From: Candidatus Aminicenantes bacterium
GTDB lineage: Bacteria; Acidobacteriota; Aminicenantia; Aminicenantales; UBA4085
Direction of reading: 5' to 3'
DNA: 64,000 nt
NCBI GenBank assembly: GCA_963729855.1
Contig: CAVSPT010000004.1
Coordinates: 165,206-229,205 of the forward strand
Numbering within the stretch: position 1 is the stretch's first letter; every line of letters begins with the position of its first letter. Below, piece after piece: positions 54,421 through 64,000 of the stretch. Made by a program: the position numbers and the translations under genes. Under the pieces are notes generated by a model, which did no database searches, was not told where the DNA came from, and saw only the letters and a list, made by a program, of their open reading frames with translations.

Positions 54421-57400
54421 ATGATCCGCACCCGCTTTCGGAACGTCGGCATCGCCCTTCTTCTGGCGTCCGTCTCGGCCGCCGCTCTCTTCGCCGTGGA
54501 TGTCCGCGATACCCGTCTCTTGTCCCAGCCGGCCATCAGCCGGGACCATATCGCTTTTTATTATGCCAACGATCTCTGGGTGGCCGATCTCGACGGCCGC
54601 AATGTCCGGCGCCTGACGTCGGATCTGGGCGTCGCGGCCAATCCCGCCTTCTCGCCGGACGGCGCCCTGATCGCGTTCACCGCCCAATACGAGGGCAACA
54701 CGGACGTGTACATCGTGCCCACGGCGGGCGGCGTTCCCAAACGGCTGACCTGGCACCCGGGCGCCGACGTCGTCCAGGGTTTCACGCCCGACGGCCGGTC
54801 CGTCCTTTTCACGTCCTCCCGGGCCAGCTTCACTCCCGCTCATCAGCAGCTCTATACCGTCCCCATTGAAGGCGGCTTCCCCCAACAGCTCAAGATTCCC
54901 AACGCCGCCCGGGCCGCGCTGTCTCCGGACGGGACGAAGATCGCCTACAATCCGCTCCCGGACGCTTTTACCGAATGGAAGAATTACCGCGGCGGCCGCA
55001 ATTCGGAAGTCTGGATCGTCCAGCTGAACGATCTGTCCCTGGAAAAAATTCCCCAGCCGTCCGGCCGCTCCAACGACCCCAATCCCATGTGGATCGGCGA
55101 GGCCGTCTATTTCCGGTCGGACCGCAACGGCGAATTCAATCTTTTCTCCTATGACGCGCGGACCAAAGAAGTCCGCCAGTTGACGAACCACCGGGATTTT
55201 CCGGTTCTGAACGCCTCCGCCGGCGGCGGCCGGATCATCTATGAGCAGGCCGGGCGCCTGCACATCTATGATCCGCGGACCAAGGTCTCCACGGCGCTGA
55301 CGATCGGCATCGCCACCGACCTGGCCGAGCTACGCGAGCGATATGCCAAGGGTGCGCGCTGGATCCGCGACTGGGCGGTTTCGCCTTCCGGCGCCCGGGC
55401 GGCCTTCGAGTTCCGCGGCGAGATCGTGACCGTTCCCGCGGAGAAAGGCGATCCCCGCAACCTGACCCAGACCCCTGCGGTCCACGAACGGTCTCCGATC
55501 TGGTCGCCGGACGGAAAATCGATCGCCTATTTTTCCGACGCCTCGGGGGAGTATGAGCTCCATGTCCGGGCCCAGGACGGCAAAGGCGAACCGCAGCGTT
55601 TCAAGCTGAACGGTGCGGGGTTCTATGAATCGCCGGTTTGGTCGCCGGACAGCCGGAAGATCAGCTTCGCCGACAATTCGGACAGCCTCTATTGGATCGA
55701 CCTGAAGACGGGCGCGGTCAGGAAGATCGCCTCTGAAAAGCTCTACAGCCCGGCCGGTTTCAAGCCCGACATCGGCGCCTGGTCCTCCGATTCCCAATGG
55801 ATCGCCTATACGATCATGACGGCGACCTATTTCCAAAGGATTTATGTCTACTCGCTGGCCTTGGACCGCTCGACCGCGATCACCGACGGCTTGAGCGACG
55901 CCTCGGAGCCGGTTTTCGACGCTTCGGGCAAGTATCTCTATTTCTTCGCCTCCACGGACGCGGGCCCGGTGCGCCAGTGGTTCGACCAGTCCAACGCCGA
56001 TATGCGCAAGACGGATTCGCTCTACCTCGCGGCCTTGACCAAAGAGGCGCCCAATCCGTTGGTCAAGGAAAGCGATGAAGAGAAGCCAGCGGTCGACAAG
56101 ACGGCCGATAAGCCGGCGTCCGCGGCTCCGGCCTCCAAGCCCGCGGCGGCTGCCCGGCCGGCCGTGGCGGACGATAAAGCTAAGTCCGCCGAGACCGCCG
56201 TCCAGATCGATTTCGATGGGCTCGACCGCCGCATCGTGGCCGTCCCCGTTCCCGCTGGGAGCTACCGCGGCCTGGCGGCCGGCGAAGCCGGCCAGATCTT
56301 CTACCTCGAGAACGCCCCCGACATCGGCTCGGCTTCGGCGCCAGGGGCGACGCTCCATAAGTACGACTTCAAGGCCCGCAAGGATGAAGTCCTGCTCGGT
56401 GGCGTCCCTGGCTTCATGCTAACGGCCGACAAGAAGAAATTGGCCTACGGGGGCCCCGGCGTAGGTTCCTTTATCGTTCCGCTGGTCCCGAAACCCCAGC
56501 CCGGCCAAGGCCGACTGGCCGTCGATTCCATCGAGGTCCGGGTTGTCCCGGCCGTCGAATGGCGGCAGATCTTCGAGGAAGCCTGGCGCATCAACCGCGA
56601 TTATTTTTATGATCCGGCCATGCACGGCGCCGACTGGCCGGCCATGAAGAAGAAGTACGAGCCCTTCCTCGACCACTTGGCCTGCCGGAACGACCTCAAC
56701 CGGGTCATCATGTGGATGTGCTCGGAGCTGGCCGTCGGCCATCACCGCGTCGGCGGGGGCGACTTCATCGCCGAGGCCAAGTCCGTTCCCGGAGGACTCC
56801 TGGGGGCCGACTACGCGGTTGAAAACGGCCGTTACCGGTTCAAGAAGATCTACGGGGGATTGAACTGGAACCCCTCGCTCCGCTCGCCTCTTACCGAGCC
56901 GGGCGTGGACGTCAAGGCCGGTGAATACCTCCTGGCCGTCAATGAACGGGATATCCGTCCCCCGGCCGATATCGACGCGCCCTTCGAGAACACCGCCGGG
57001 AAAATCGTCGAATTGACCGTCGGGCCGAATCCGGACGGGACCGGAAGCCGCGTTGTGCAGGCCGTGCCCATCCCCAGCGAGGCAGGTCTGCGCAATCGGG
57101 ATTGGATCGAAGGAAACCTGAAAAAAGTGGATCAGGCCACCAACGGCCGGGTGGCCTATGTCTACGTTCCCGACACTTCCACGCCGGGCTGGATCTCTTT
57201 CAAGCGCTACTTCTATCCCCAGGCCGACCGGGAGGCGATCATCGTCGACGAACGTTTCAACGGCGGCGGATCGCTGGCCGATTATTACATCGACCACCTG
57301 CGAAAGCCGGTCACCGCCTACTGGAATATGCGCTACGGCGACGATCTCAAGACGCCCAGCGCCTCCATCCAGGGCCCCAAGGTCATGATCATCAACGAGG

Positions 57401-57750
57401 TCGCCGGATCGGGGGGCGATTTCCTGCCCTTCATGTGGCGGAATTTCAAAATGGGCCCCCTCGTCGGCAAACGGACCTGGGGCGGGCTGGTCGGAACCCT
57501 CGGCTATCCGGTCCTCATGGATGGCGGCGGAGTGACCGCCCCCAATGTGGCCATATGGACGGAAAACGGCTGGGTCGTGGAAAACGAAGGCGTGCCGCCC
57601 GACGTCGAGGTGGAGCAGACACCGTCCGACGTCATCGCCGGGCATGATCCGCAATTGGAGAAGGCCATTCAGATCGCCCTGGACGAGCTGGCCAAGAACC
57701 CGCCCAAGAAGGCCCAGCGGCCGCCTTATCCGGTGCGGGTGAGGAAATAG
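54421..57750 (+). CDS. Tricorn protease (S41) with beta-propellers and PDZ domain
   Basis: PD40 repeats, 'GLLGADY', 'DERFNGGG', 'GSGGD' catalytic Ser and 'ENEGVPPD'. Confidence 0.93.
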   Translation: MIRTRFRNVGIALLLASVSAAALFAVDVRDTRLLSQPAISRDHIAFYYANDLWVADLDGRNVRRLTSDLGVAANPAFSPDGALIAFTAQYEGNTDVYIVPTAGGVPKRLTWHPGADVVQGFTPDGRSVLFTSSRASFTPAHQQLYTVPIEGGFPQQLKIPNAARAALSPDGTKIAYNPLPDAFTEWKNYRGGRNSEVWIVQLNDLSLEKIPQPSGRSNDPNPMWIGEAVYFRSDRNGEFNLFSYDARTKEVRQLTNHRDFPVLNASAGGGRIIYEQAGRLHIYDPRTKVSTALTIGIATDLAELRERYAKGARWIRDWAVSPSGARAAFEFRGEIVTVPAEKGDPRNLTQTPAVHERSPIWSPDGKSIAYFSDASGEYELHVRAQDGKGEPQRFKLNGAGFYESPVWSPDSRKISFADNSDSLYWIDLKTGAVRKIASEKLYSPAGFKPDIGAWSSDSQWIAYTIMTATYFQRIYVYSLALDRSTAITDGLSDASEPVFDASGKYLYFFASTDAGPVRQWFDQSNADMRKTDSLYLAALTKEAPNPLVKESDEEKPAVDKTADKPASAAPASKPAAAARPAVADDKAKSAETAVQIDFDGLDRRIVAVPVPAGSYRGLAAGEAGQIFYLENAPDIGSASAPGATLHKYDFKARKDEVLLGGVPGFMLTADKKKLAYGGPGVGSFIVPLVPKPQPGQGRLAVDSIEVRVVPAVEWRQIFEEAWRINRDYFYDPAMHGADWPAMKKKYEPFLDHLACRNDLNRVIMWMCSELAVGHHRVGGGDFIAEAKSVPGGLLGADYAVENGRYRFKKIYGGLNWNPSLRSPLTEPGVDVKAGEYLLAVNERDIRPPADIDAPFENTAGKIVELTVGPNPDGTGSRVVQAVPIPSEAGLRNRDWIEGNLKKVDQATNGRVAYVYVPDTSTPGWISFKRYFYPQADREAIIVDERFNGGGSLADYYIDHLRKPVTAYWNMRYGDDLKTPSASIQGPKVMIINEVAGSGGDFLPFMWRNFKMGPLVGKRTWGGLVGTLGYPVLMDGGGVTAPNVAIWTENGWVVENEGVPPDVEVEQTPSDVIAGHDPQLEKAIQIALDELAKNPPKKAQRPPYPVRVRK

Positions 57751-57782
57751 GACCGAACGGGGCCGGACTCGGAACGCCCGGG

Positions 57783-59822
57783 TCAGGACTTAGGGGCCGG
57801 AACGGCGGCCGAGTCCTTGATTTTTTCGTAGAGGAAAGCGGCCCGCAGGTAGGCGCCCCCGGCGTTGTCGATCTCCCTCTTGGCCAGGAAAGCTTGGGCC
57901 TGGTTCTCCGTCTCCCGGGCGTATTCCATCAGCCAGGGATCGATCGTCGCCGGGTTCAGACCCGCCGCTTCGGACTTGAACCCGTCCAGGAGCCTGCGCA
58001 GGGCGGCCGCGCAGGCGTCCTCGCCGGCGCAACCGGGGGCCAGGGCATAGGTCTTCCCCAGAACGATAAAAAGGGACTTGGCCCCGGAAAAATCGTTCTT
58101 GCCCAAAGCGTCCACGGCGTTTCCTTCTTCGTACCGGGCTAGGCGGAAAAGCAGGTTCCTGTCGTCGGCGCCGGCTTTCCGGGCCTGCTCTTTGGCGGTT
58201 TCCATGGCGCCTTTGGCCTTCAGCGCGGCTTCCCGCTCGGCGACCACGCCAAGGAGCTTCTGCATGTCGCCCTGGACATCCCTGGTCTTGTCCGGCGCCG
58301 GGGCGGGCCGGGCGTTCGAGGAAGCCGGCGGGGCCGGACGCCCCTCCGAGGATTTGCGCGCCCGGATCTCGTCGACCAGCTTGTTGTAGGCATCGACGGT
58401 CGGCCCTTTGTCCGGCAGGATGCCTTTTACTGCGCCGATGACCTTTTCGGCGTTATCCAGGTCGCTGGTGTCCGCGGATTTGAGGAATTTGTCGATGGCG
58501 CCGTGCAATGCTTCGCTTCCCAGCGACGGCAGTCCGAAATGAAACCGCCCTCCCTGGCCCTCCTCGGGCGGCCGATCATCACGGTGCGCTTCGGATTTGG
58601 AATCCGACGGGGCCGGGGAGGGCGGCCGGCCGGTGCCGCCGTTCTCCCCGTTTGACCCCGGCGGAGCCATCGGGGAAGCCGAAAAAGGCCGGAGGGAGGA
58701 ATGGCGGCCGGCGTTCCGGAGCATGGGCCATCCCAGGAACAAGGCGAGGATGAGGGCCAGCGCGGCGTAGCGCACGGCTCGGGACCGCCGGGGCTTGAGG
58801 CCGGCCGGTTTCGTCCCGGACGGCGGACGGACCTCGCTCCGGGAGATCTCCCGGACGATCGTGGGCAGGTCCTTCTCCAGATCGGCCAGGGCCGAGGCCA
58901 GCTCGTCGGCGCTCTGGAAGCGGCGGGCCGGCTCTTTTTCCAGACAGCGATAGATGATCCGAACCAGCGGCTCGGGCACGAGCGGATTGGAATCGCGGGC
59001 GTCCGGCGGGGCCTCGGATTTATGTTTGATGGCCACGGCCAGCGGCGTCTGGCCCTCGAAAGGCACCCTCCCGGTGACCATCTCGAAGAGGATGATTCCC
59101 ATGGCGTAGATGTCGGAGCGCGCGTCGACATCGCGCAGCTCGACCTGCTCGGGCGACATGTACTCCGGCGTGCCGAGCATGACCCCGGTGCCGGTCATTC
59201 CCTCGGATTCGATGAAGCGCGACAGCCCGAAATCCATGATCCGGGCCCGGCCCTCGAGGTCGACCATGATGTTCTGGGGCTTGAGGTCGCGGTGGATGAC
59301 ACCCATGCGGTGGGCCTCGGCCAAGCCTTCGGCGACCTGGCGGGCGATGGCGACGGCCCGGCCCGCTCCGATGGGGCCGGCCCGCCGGATGAACTTTTTG
59401 AGGTCCTCGCCCTCGACGTACTCCATGCTGATGAATTGCACGAGCCCGGCCTCGCCCAGGTCGTAGAGACGGCAGACGTGGCGGTGGGCGATCTTGCGGG
59501 CGTTTTTAAGCTCGGTCTTGAACCGCTCCACGGCGGCGGCATTGAAGCTGAGCTCGGGTCGGATGATCTTGAGGGCGACGACTTCCTGGAGCTTCCGGTC
59601 GAAGGCTTTGTAGACCGAGCCCATGCCGCCCTTGCCCAGCTCTTCGATGATCTCGTAGCGTCCGGCGAAGATCGTGCCTCGGGCCAGATTCTCGAACGCG
59701 GCGATCAGGGTCGGCGAATCCGGAGGCGGAGTTCCGGGGGCGGGCGTGGGAAGCGGCGTCGCGCACTGGCGGCAAAAACGGCTGTCTTCGCGGTTGTCCG
59801 CGCCGCATTGGAGGCATTTCAT
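57783..59822 (-). CDS. Hanks-type Ser/Thr protein kinase with N-terminal zinc ribbon, one TM segment and a helical C-terminal domain
   Basis: CLQC..CRQC, 'LGKGGMG', 'VALK', 'HRDLKPQN', 'DFG' and 'GTPEYMSPEQ'. Confidence 0.93.
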   Translation of the reverse strand: MKCLQCGADNREDSRFCRQCATPLPTPAPGTPPPDSPTLIAAFENLARGTIFAGRYEIIEELGKGGMGSVYKAFDRKLQEVVALKIIRPELSFNAAAVERFKTELKNARKIAHRHVCRLYDLGEAGLVQFISMEYVEGEDLKKFIRRAGPIGAGRAVAIARQVAEGLAEAHRMGVIHRDLKPQNIMVDLEGRARIMDFGLSRFIESEGMTGTGVMLGTPEYMSPEQVELRDVDARSDIYAMGIILFEMVTGRVPFEGQTPLAVAIKHKSEAPPDARDSNPLVPEPLVRIIYRCLEKEPARRFQSADELASALADLEKDLPTIVREISRSEVRPPSGTKPAGLKPRRSRAVRYAALALILALFLGWPMLRNAGRHSSLRPFSASPMAPPGSNGENGGTGRPPSPAPSDSKSEAHRDDRPPEEGQGGRFHFGLPSLGSEALHGAIDKFLKSADTSDLDNAEKVIGAVKGILPDKGPTVDAYNKLVDEIRARKSSEGRPAPPASSNARPAPAPDKTRDVQGDMQKLLGVVAEREAALKAKGAMETAKEQARKAGADDRNLLFRLARYEEGNAVDALGKNDFSGAKSLFIVLGKTYALAPGCAGEDACAAALRRLLDGFKSEAAGLNPATIDPWLMEYARETENQAQAFLAKREIDNAGGAYLRAAFLYEKIKDSAAVPAPKS

Positions 59823-59937
59823 GATCCGGATTCTCGTTTCCTAGCATTATCACGGGTCTTCGGGGTTGTCAAACGTATGGCCAATCCCCTCGATTTATGA
59901 TACGTTTTTCCCCTTCATTTGGTTGCGGAGAAGATCC

Positions 59938-60837
59938 ATGAAACCCACGCTCGTCGTCTTGGCCGCCGGTTTGGGCAGCCGCTATGGCGGCCTCAAGCAG
60001 ATGGACGGCGTCGGCCCTTCCGGGGACACCATCATCGATTATTCCATCTATGACGCCCTGCGGGCCGGCTTCGGCAAGGCCGTCTTCATCATCCGCAGGG
60101 ACATCGAGGCCGATTTCCGGGAAGTTTTCCTGGGCAAGCTGTCGGGGAAGATCGCCGTCGAGTCAGTTTTCCAGGAGTTGACCGACCTGCCGGCCGGATT
60201 CCGGTGCCCCCCGGACCGCCGGAAGCCCTGGGGCACGGCCCAGGCCGTCTTTTCGGCCAGGGCCAAGGTCCGCGAGCCGTTCGCGGTCATCAACGCCGAC
60301 GATTTTTACGGCCGGAGCGGGTTCCTGACGATGGCCGAATTCCTGCGCGGCGCGGGCCCCACTCGATATTCCGTCGTCGGCTACGGCCTTCGCGGCACGC
60401 TGTCGGAACACGGATCGGTCGCCAGGGGCGTCTGCGAAGTGGACGCTGCGGGTTACCTGTCGGGCATCGTCGAGCGCACCCGGATCGATAAGACCTCCGA
60501 GGGGATCTTCGATCGCCGCGCCGACGGCCGGACGATGAGGCTTCCCGAGGAGACGGTCGTATCCATGAATTTCTGGGGATTCACTCCCGGCTTCTTCGAT
60601 TTCATCGGCCGGGAATTCGCCCGATTTCTGGGGGAAAACATCGACGATCCCAAGGCCGAGATGTACATTCCCGTCGTCGTCAACGCCTTGATCAAGTCCG
60701 GGGAGGCCACGGTCAAGGTCCTTCCCACGCGCGACCAATGGTTCGGCGTCACCTACAAGGAGGACCGCCCGCGGGTCATGGCCGAGCTGGAAAAACTCGT
60801 TGCGGGGGGAGAGTACCCCCGCTCGTTGTGGGCTTGA
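59938..60837 (+). CDS. Sugar-1-phosphate nucleotidyltransferase family protein
   Basis: 'LAAGLGSRYGGLKQ', 'KPWGTA', 'INADDFYG' and 'WFGVTY'; GGAG RBS before 59938. Confidence 0.88.
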   Translation: MKPTLVVLAAGLGSRYGGLKQMDGVGPSGDTIIDYSIYDALRAGFGKAVFIIRRDIEADFREVFLGKLSGKIAVESVFQELTDLPAGFRCPPDRRKPWGTAQAVFSARAKVREPFAVINADDFYGRSGFLTMAEFLRGAGPTRYSVVGYGLRGTLSEHGSVARGVCEVDAAGYLSGIVERTRIDKTSEGIFDRRADGRTMRLPEETVVSMNFWGFTPGFFDFIGREFARFLGENIDDPKAEMYIPVVVNALIKSGEATVKVLPTRDQWFGVTYKEDRPRVMAELEKLVAGGEYPRSLWA

Positions 60838-61039
60838 CCCGGTTCTCCCTCGGCCGGTCCCCGGCGCTTTCGGCGTTTCGATCCCTCTTTTTAGCTTGCT
60901 CATGACAAACCGCACGGGCCGAATCGGGACCGGGAGGCGCGCCATACCGAAAATGCATGGCGATCGAGGGACATGGCAATGGAAGCCGGTTCCGGGTATA
61001 AATAGATGAACGATTTGATGGGCTGGGGAGCATTGGACC

Positions 61040-61888
61040 ATGACGACGTTCAAGCGACGCGAATTTCTGATGGCCGCCGGATTGGCGGCCGGGGCAGCTC
61101 CGTGGGCCGAAGCGAAGCGAGCCGGGGGATGGGCTCATTCAGGATCTCCGTCTGGTCTCCGATTGGGTATGGCGTCCTATACGTTCCGTGCCTTCAGCCT
61201 GGACGAGACGATCGTCATGACCAAGCGCCTGGGCTTGATGAGACTGTCCGTCAAAAGCATGCATCTTCCGCTGGAGGACTCGGCCGGGGAAATCCGGGCG
61301 GCCGCGGCCAAGATCCGCGCCGCCGGCTTGGAGCCCTACGCCGGGGGGGTCATCTACATGGCCAAAGAGTCCGAGATCGAACAGGCCTTCGTCTATGCCG
61401 AGGCCGCGGGTATGGAGATGATCATCGGCGTTCCCGACCCTGAGCTTCTGCCCCTGGTCGAGAAAAAGGTCCGACAATACGACCTCCGGCTGGCCATTCA
61501 CAACCACGGCCCTACGGACAAAACCTATCCATCTCCGCAAAGCGCCTATGACCGGATCAAGAATCTCGATCGCCGGATCGGGTTGTGCCTCGATGTCGGC
61601 CACACCCAGCGGTGCGGAATCGACCCGGCGGATGCCGCGGAGAGGTGCTTCGATCGCCTTCTCGACGTCCATATCAAGGACGTTACGGCCGCGACGGCGG
61701 AGGGCTGGACGCTGGAGGCGGGCCGCGGGGTCGTCGATCTGCCCAAGTTTCTGGCGACCCTCCGGCGCTTGAAATATGCGGGAACGGTCAGCCTGGAGTA
61801 TGAAAAGGACGAGAAGGATCCTTTGCCCGGGGCGGCCGAATCGATCGGCTATATCCGGGGCGTCCTGGCCGCCGGAGGGATTCGGTGA
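61040..61888 (+). CDS. Tat-exported sugar-phosphate isomerase/epimerase-like TIM barrel
   Basis: 'KRREFL' twin-arginine signal, 'AIHNHGP', 'LDVGH', 'VHIKD' and 'LEYE'. Confidence 0.87.
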   Translation: MTTFKRREFLMAAGLAAGAAPWAEAKRAGGWAHSGSPSGLRLGMASYTFRAFSLDETIVMTKRLGLMRLSVKSMHLPLEDSAGEIRAAAAKIRAAGLEPYAGGVIYMAKESEIEQAFVYAEAAGMEMIIGVPDPELLPLVEKKVRQYDLRLAIHNHGPTDKTYPSPQSAYDRIKNLDRRIGLCLDVGHTQRCGIDPADAAERCFDRLLDVHIKDVTAATAEGWTLEAGRGVVDLPKFLATLRRLKYAGTVSLEYEKDEKDPLPGAAESIGYIRGVLAAGGIR

Positions 61889-62883
61889 AGCGGACGGAGG
61901 GGATCGCCTACGCCCGGGCCGGCCTGCTGGGGAATCCCTCGGACGGCTATTTCGGCAAGATCATCGCCGTTTCCGTCCGCAATTTCCGGGCCCGGGTCGT
62001 CCTCGAAGAGAACGCCGAGATCGTCATCGTCCCCGCCGCCGAAGACGAGGAGCGCTATGCCAGCCTGGACGAGTTCGCCCGGGGGACGTTCCTCTACGGA
62101 TATTACGGCGGTGTCCGGCTGGTCAAGGCGGCCATCAAAAAATTCCACGACTACGCCCGGGCCGGCGGGTTAAGGCTTGAAACGACGAATTTCTCGGTCC
62201 GCTACGATTCCGACATCCCCCGCCAGATCGGCTTGGCCGGTTCGAGCGCCATCATCACCGCGACTCTCCGCGCGCTCATGGATTTCTACGGCCTGACCGT
62301 GCCCCTGGACATCCAGCCGTCGCTCGTCCTGAGCGCCGAGCGGGACGAGCTCGACATCAACGCCGGCTTCATGGACCGGGTCATCCAGGTCTATGAGGGC
62401 TGCGTGTTCATGGATCTGGATGAGAACCTGATCCGGACCCAGGGGCATGGGCGTTATGAGCGCCTCGATCCGGGCCTCTTGCCGTCCCTATACCTCGCCT
62501 ACAAGCCGGCCCTGGGCAAGGTTTCGGGACGGGTCCTCAACGAAATCCGCGTCAAGGTCGATCGCGGCGACGCCTTCACGATCGGCGTGTTGAAGCAGAT
62601 GGGCGAATTGGCCGAGGAGGGCCGCCGGGCCCTTCTGACCGGCGACCGGAAGACGTTCTCGGCCCTGATGGACCGGAATTTCGAGCTCCGGCGGTCCATC
62701 CAGACCATCAGCCCGGCCAATCAGGAGATGATCGCGGCGGCCCGGGCCTGCGGGGCCTCGGCCAAATATGCCGGGTCGGGCGGGTCGATCATCGGAGATT
62801 ATCGGGACGAGGCCATGCTGGCGGATTTGAAAAGCTCGCTGGAGAAAATAGGGGCCGTCGTCCTGACGCCGATCGTCGCCTAG
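61885..62883 (+). CDS. GHMP kinase, glucuronokinase-like
   Basis: 'ARAGLLGNPSDGYFGK', 'PRQIGLAGSSA', 'AGFMDRVIQVYEG' and 'AKYAGSGG', resembling plant glucuronokinase as I recall it. GTG start overlaps the upstream stop. Confidence 0.8.
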   Translation: MKRTEGIAYARAGLLGNPSDGYFGKIIAVSVRNFRARVVLEENAEIVIVPAAEDEERYASLDEFARGTFLYGYYGGVRLVKAAIKKFHDYARAGGLRLETTNFSVRYDSDIPRQIGLAGSSAIITATLRALMDFYGLTVPLDIQPSLVLSAERDELDINAGFMDRVIQVYEGCVFMDLDENLIRTQGHGRYERLDPGLLPSLYLAYKPALGKVSGRVLNEIRVKVDRGDAFTIGVLKQMGELAEEGRRALLTGDRKTFSALMDRNFELRRSIQTISPANQEMIAAARACGASAKYAGSGGSIIGDYRDEAMLADLKSSLEKIGAVVLTPIVA

Positions 62884-62918
62884 ATAAACGGACGTTTATT
62901 CGATAAAAATTGTTGGTA

Positions 62919-63138
62919 AAATCGAGGGGACGGTCGAAGCGGCCCTTCGAGGGTTTAGCCGTTCTGAGGCGTTTTTTCGGGCAGCCCGCCCGGAATGAGG
63001 CGGGCCGGCGAAGATGTTTGAGCGTCCCGGGCCAAATCCGTTAAATCAAACACGGAACGCGAGTTCTGAGCCGCCAAAAAAACGCCGCTAGAACGGCGTG
63101 AAAAACCCGAGAGGGCCGCAAGGCCGTCTCCTCGATTT
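62919..63138 (+). ncRNA. Structured ~220-nt element, copy B (candidate ncRNA or structured repeat)
   Basis: Closing stem AAATCGAGGGGACGGTC/GGCCGTCTCCTCGATTT. Core 62949-63115 is colinear with copy A. Confidence 0.65.
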
Positions 63139-63150
63139 CACCCCACCGCT

Positions 63151-63729
63151 TTAGTAGTTCTCGCTCTTGATCTCAAAGTAGGCCTGCGGGTGCTGGCAGG
63201 CGGGGCAGACGGCCGGGGCCTCGGGCCCTTCATGGACGTAGCCGCAGTTGCGGCAGACCCAGCGGACGGCCTGGCCCTTTTTGAAGATCTGGCCGGAGCG
63301 GACGTTGTCCAGCAGGGCGCGATAACGCTTCTCGTGCTGGAGCTCGACCTTGGCGATGGACTTGAACGCCGCGGCGACCTCGGGGAAGCCTTCCTTCTCG
63401 GCTGCGGCGGCAAAATCTTTATAAATGGCGGTCCATTCCATTTTCTCGCCGTTGGCCGCCGCCTCCAGGTTTTGGGCCGTGTCGCCGATCACGCCGCCCG
63501 GATAGGCGGCCGTGATCTCCACATCGCCGCCCTCGAGGAACTTGAAGAAGCGCTTGGCGTGCTCCTTCTCGTTGTCCGCCGTCTCCAGGAAAATGGCGGC
63601 GATCTGCTCGAAGCCGGCCTTCTTGGCCACTCCGGAGAAATAGGTGTAGCGGTTGCGGGCCTGCGATTCGCCGGCGAAAGCGGCCAGCAGGTTCTTTTCG
63701 GTCTGGGTGCCTTTCAATGATTTGGCCAT
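63151..63729 (-). CDS. rbr: Rubrerythrin
   Basis: '[12 protein letters not shown]', 'NEKEHA', 'EGF', 'HEKRY' and C-terminal CRNC..CPAC. Confidence 0.95.
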   Translation of the reverse strand: MAKSLKGTQTEKNLLAAFAGESQARNRYTYFSGVAKKAGFEQIAAIFLETADNEKEHAKRFFKFLEGGDVEITAAYPGGVIGDTAQNLEAAANGEKMEWTAIYKDFAAAAEKEGFPEVAAAFKSIAKVELQHEKRYRALLDNVRSGQIFKKGQAVRWVCRNCGYVHEGPEAPAVCPACQHPQAYFEIKSENY

Positions 63730-63748
63730 GGTCATGTTCCTTTCTGAA

Positions 63749-64000
63749 TCAGGCCTTCCAGAGGCCGTGAAGGTTGCAGTATTCCCGGGCGGAGACCGAG
63801 GCGGCCTTGACGCAGAACGCCGCTTCGGGCGCCTGGCCGGGCTTGAGGAATTCGCGGTAGGACTTGCCGTCGGCGATGAGCTCGATCCAGACGATGTAGT
63901 GCTTTTCCTCCATGGGATGGGGCACCGCGCCGACTTTGACCTTGAAGCCGTCGGCCGTCTTCTCGATGACCGGGACGTGTTTTTCCTTGGACGCGTCGAC
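63749..64000 (-). CDS. dfx: Desulfoferrodoxin/superoxide reductase, 5' end outside the window; missing from the ORF track
   Basis: Hand translation ...EKHVPV...[15 protein letters not shown]...[11 protein letters not shown]. Confidence 0.92.
   Translation of the reverse strand, partial: VDASKEKHVPVIEKTADGFKVKVGAVPHPMEEKHYIVWIELIADGKSYREFLKPGQAPEAAFCVKAASVSAREYCNLHGLWKA

Noticed and set aside
1-64000. CRISPR arrays, rRNA, tRNA, integrase/transposase, defence systems, Sec/Pyl recoding
   Set aside because: None seen by eye. Recognised genes end at plausible family lengths with no in-frame stop needing readthrough. tRNAscan-SE and CRISPR finders were not run.

Overview
This is a GC-rich, densely coding bacterial window with about 45 genes. 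Gene content (many secreted peptidases and glycoside hydrolases, an Omp85 barrel, a zinc-ribbon Ser/Thr kinase, rubrerythrin and desulfoferrodoxin) fits an anaerobic diderm heterotroph. Candidatus Aminicenantes/Acidobacteriota is a plausible but unverified guess. In order, the blocks are: a heparinase II/III-like gene; a Crp/Fnr regulator with a 4Fe-4S protein and a perfect FNR-type box; a peptide-utilisation operon (DctM-like permease, unannotated 51-aa membrane protein, deacylase, two C69 dipeptidases, DUF6305, M14 peptidase); an amino-sugar/glycoside catabolic block; GGT, GH3 and a metallopeptidase-propeller-Omp85 protein; a glycosylation island; GH38, an HtpX-zinc ribbon protein, tricorn protease and a kinase; a nucleotidyltransferase/glucuronokinase-like block; and oxidative-stress genes. 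The most striking signal is non-coding. Two copies of a ~220-nt element (20766-20989 and 62919-63138) share a gap-free ~167-nt core at ~81% identity by hand alignment, and their differences are largely compensatory. Their closing stems have largely different sequences but both pair fully, so this is a candidate structured RNA or ssDNA element family. I saw no rRNA, tRNA, CRISPR array or transposase. All product calls come from motif recognition, not database searches.
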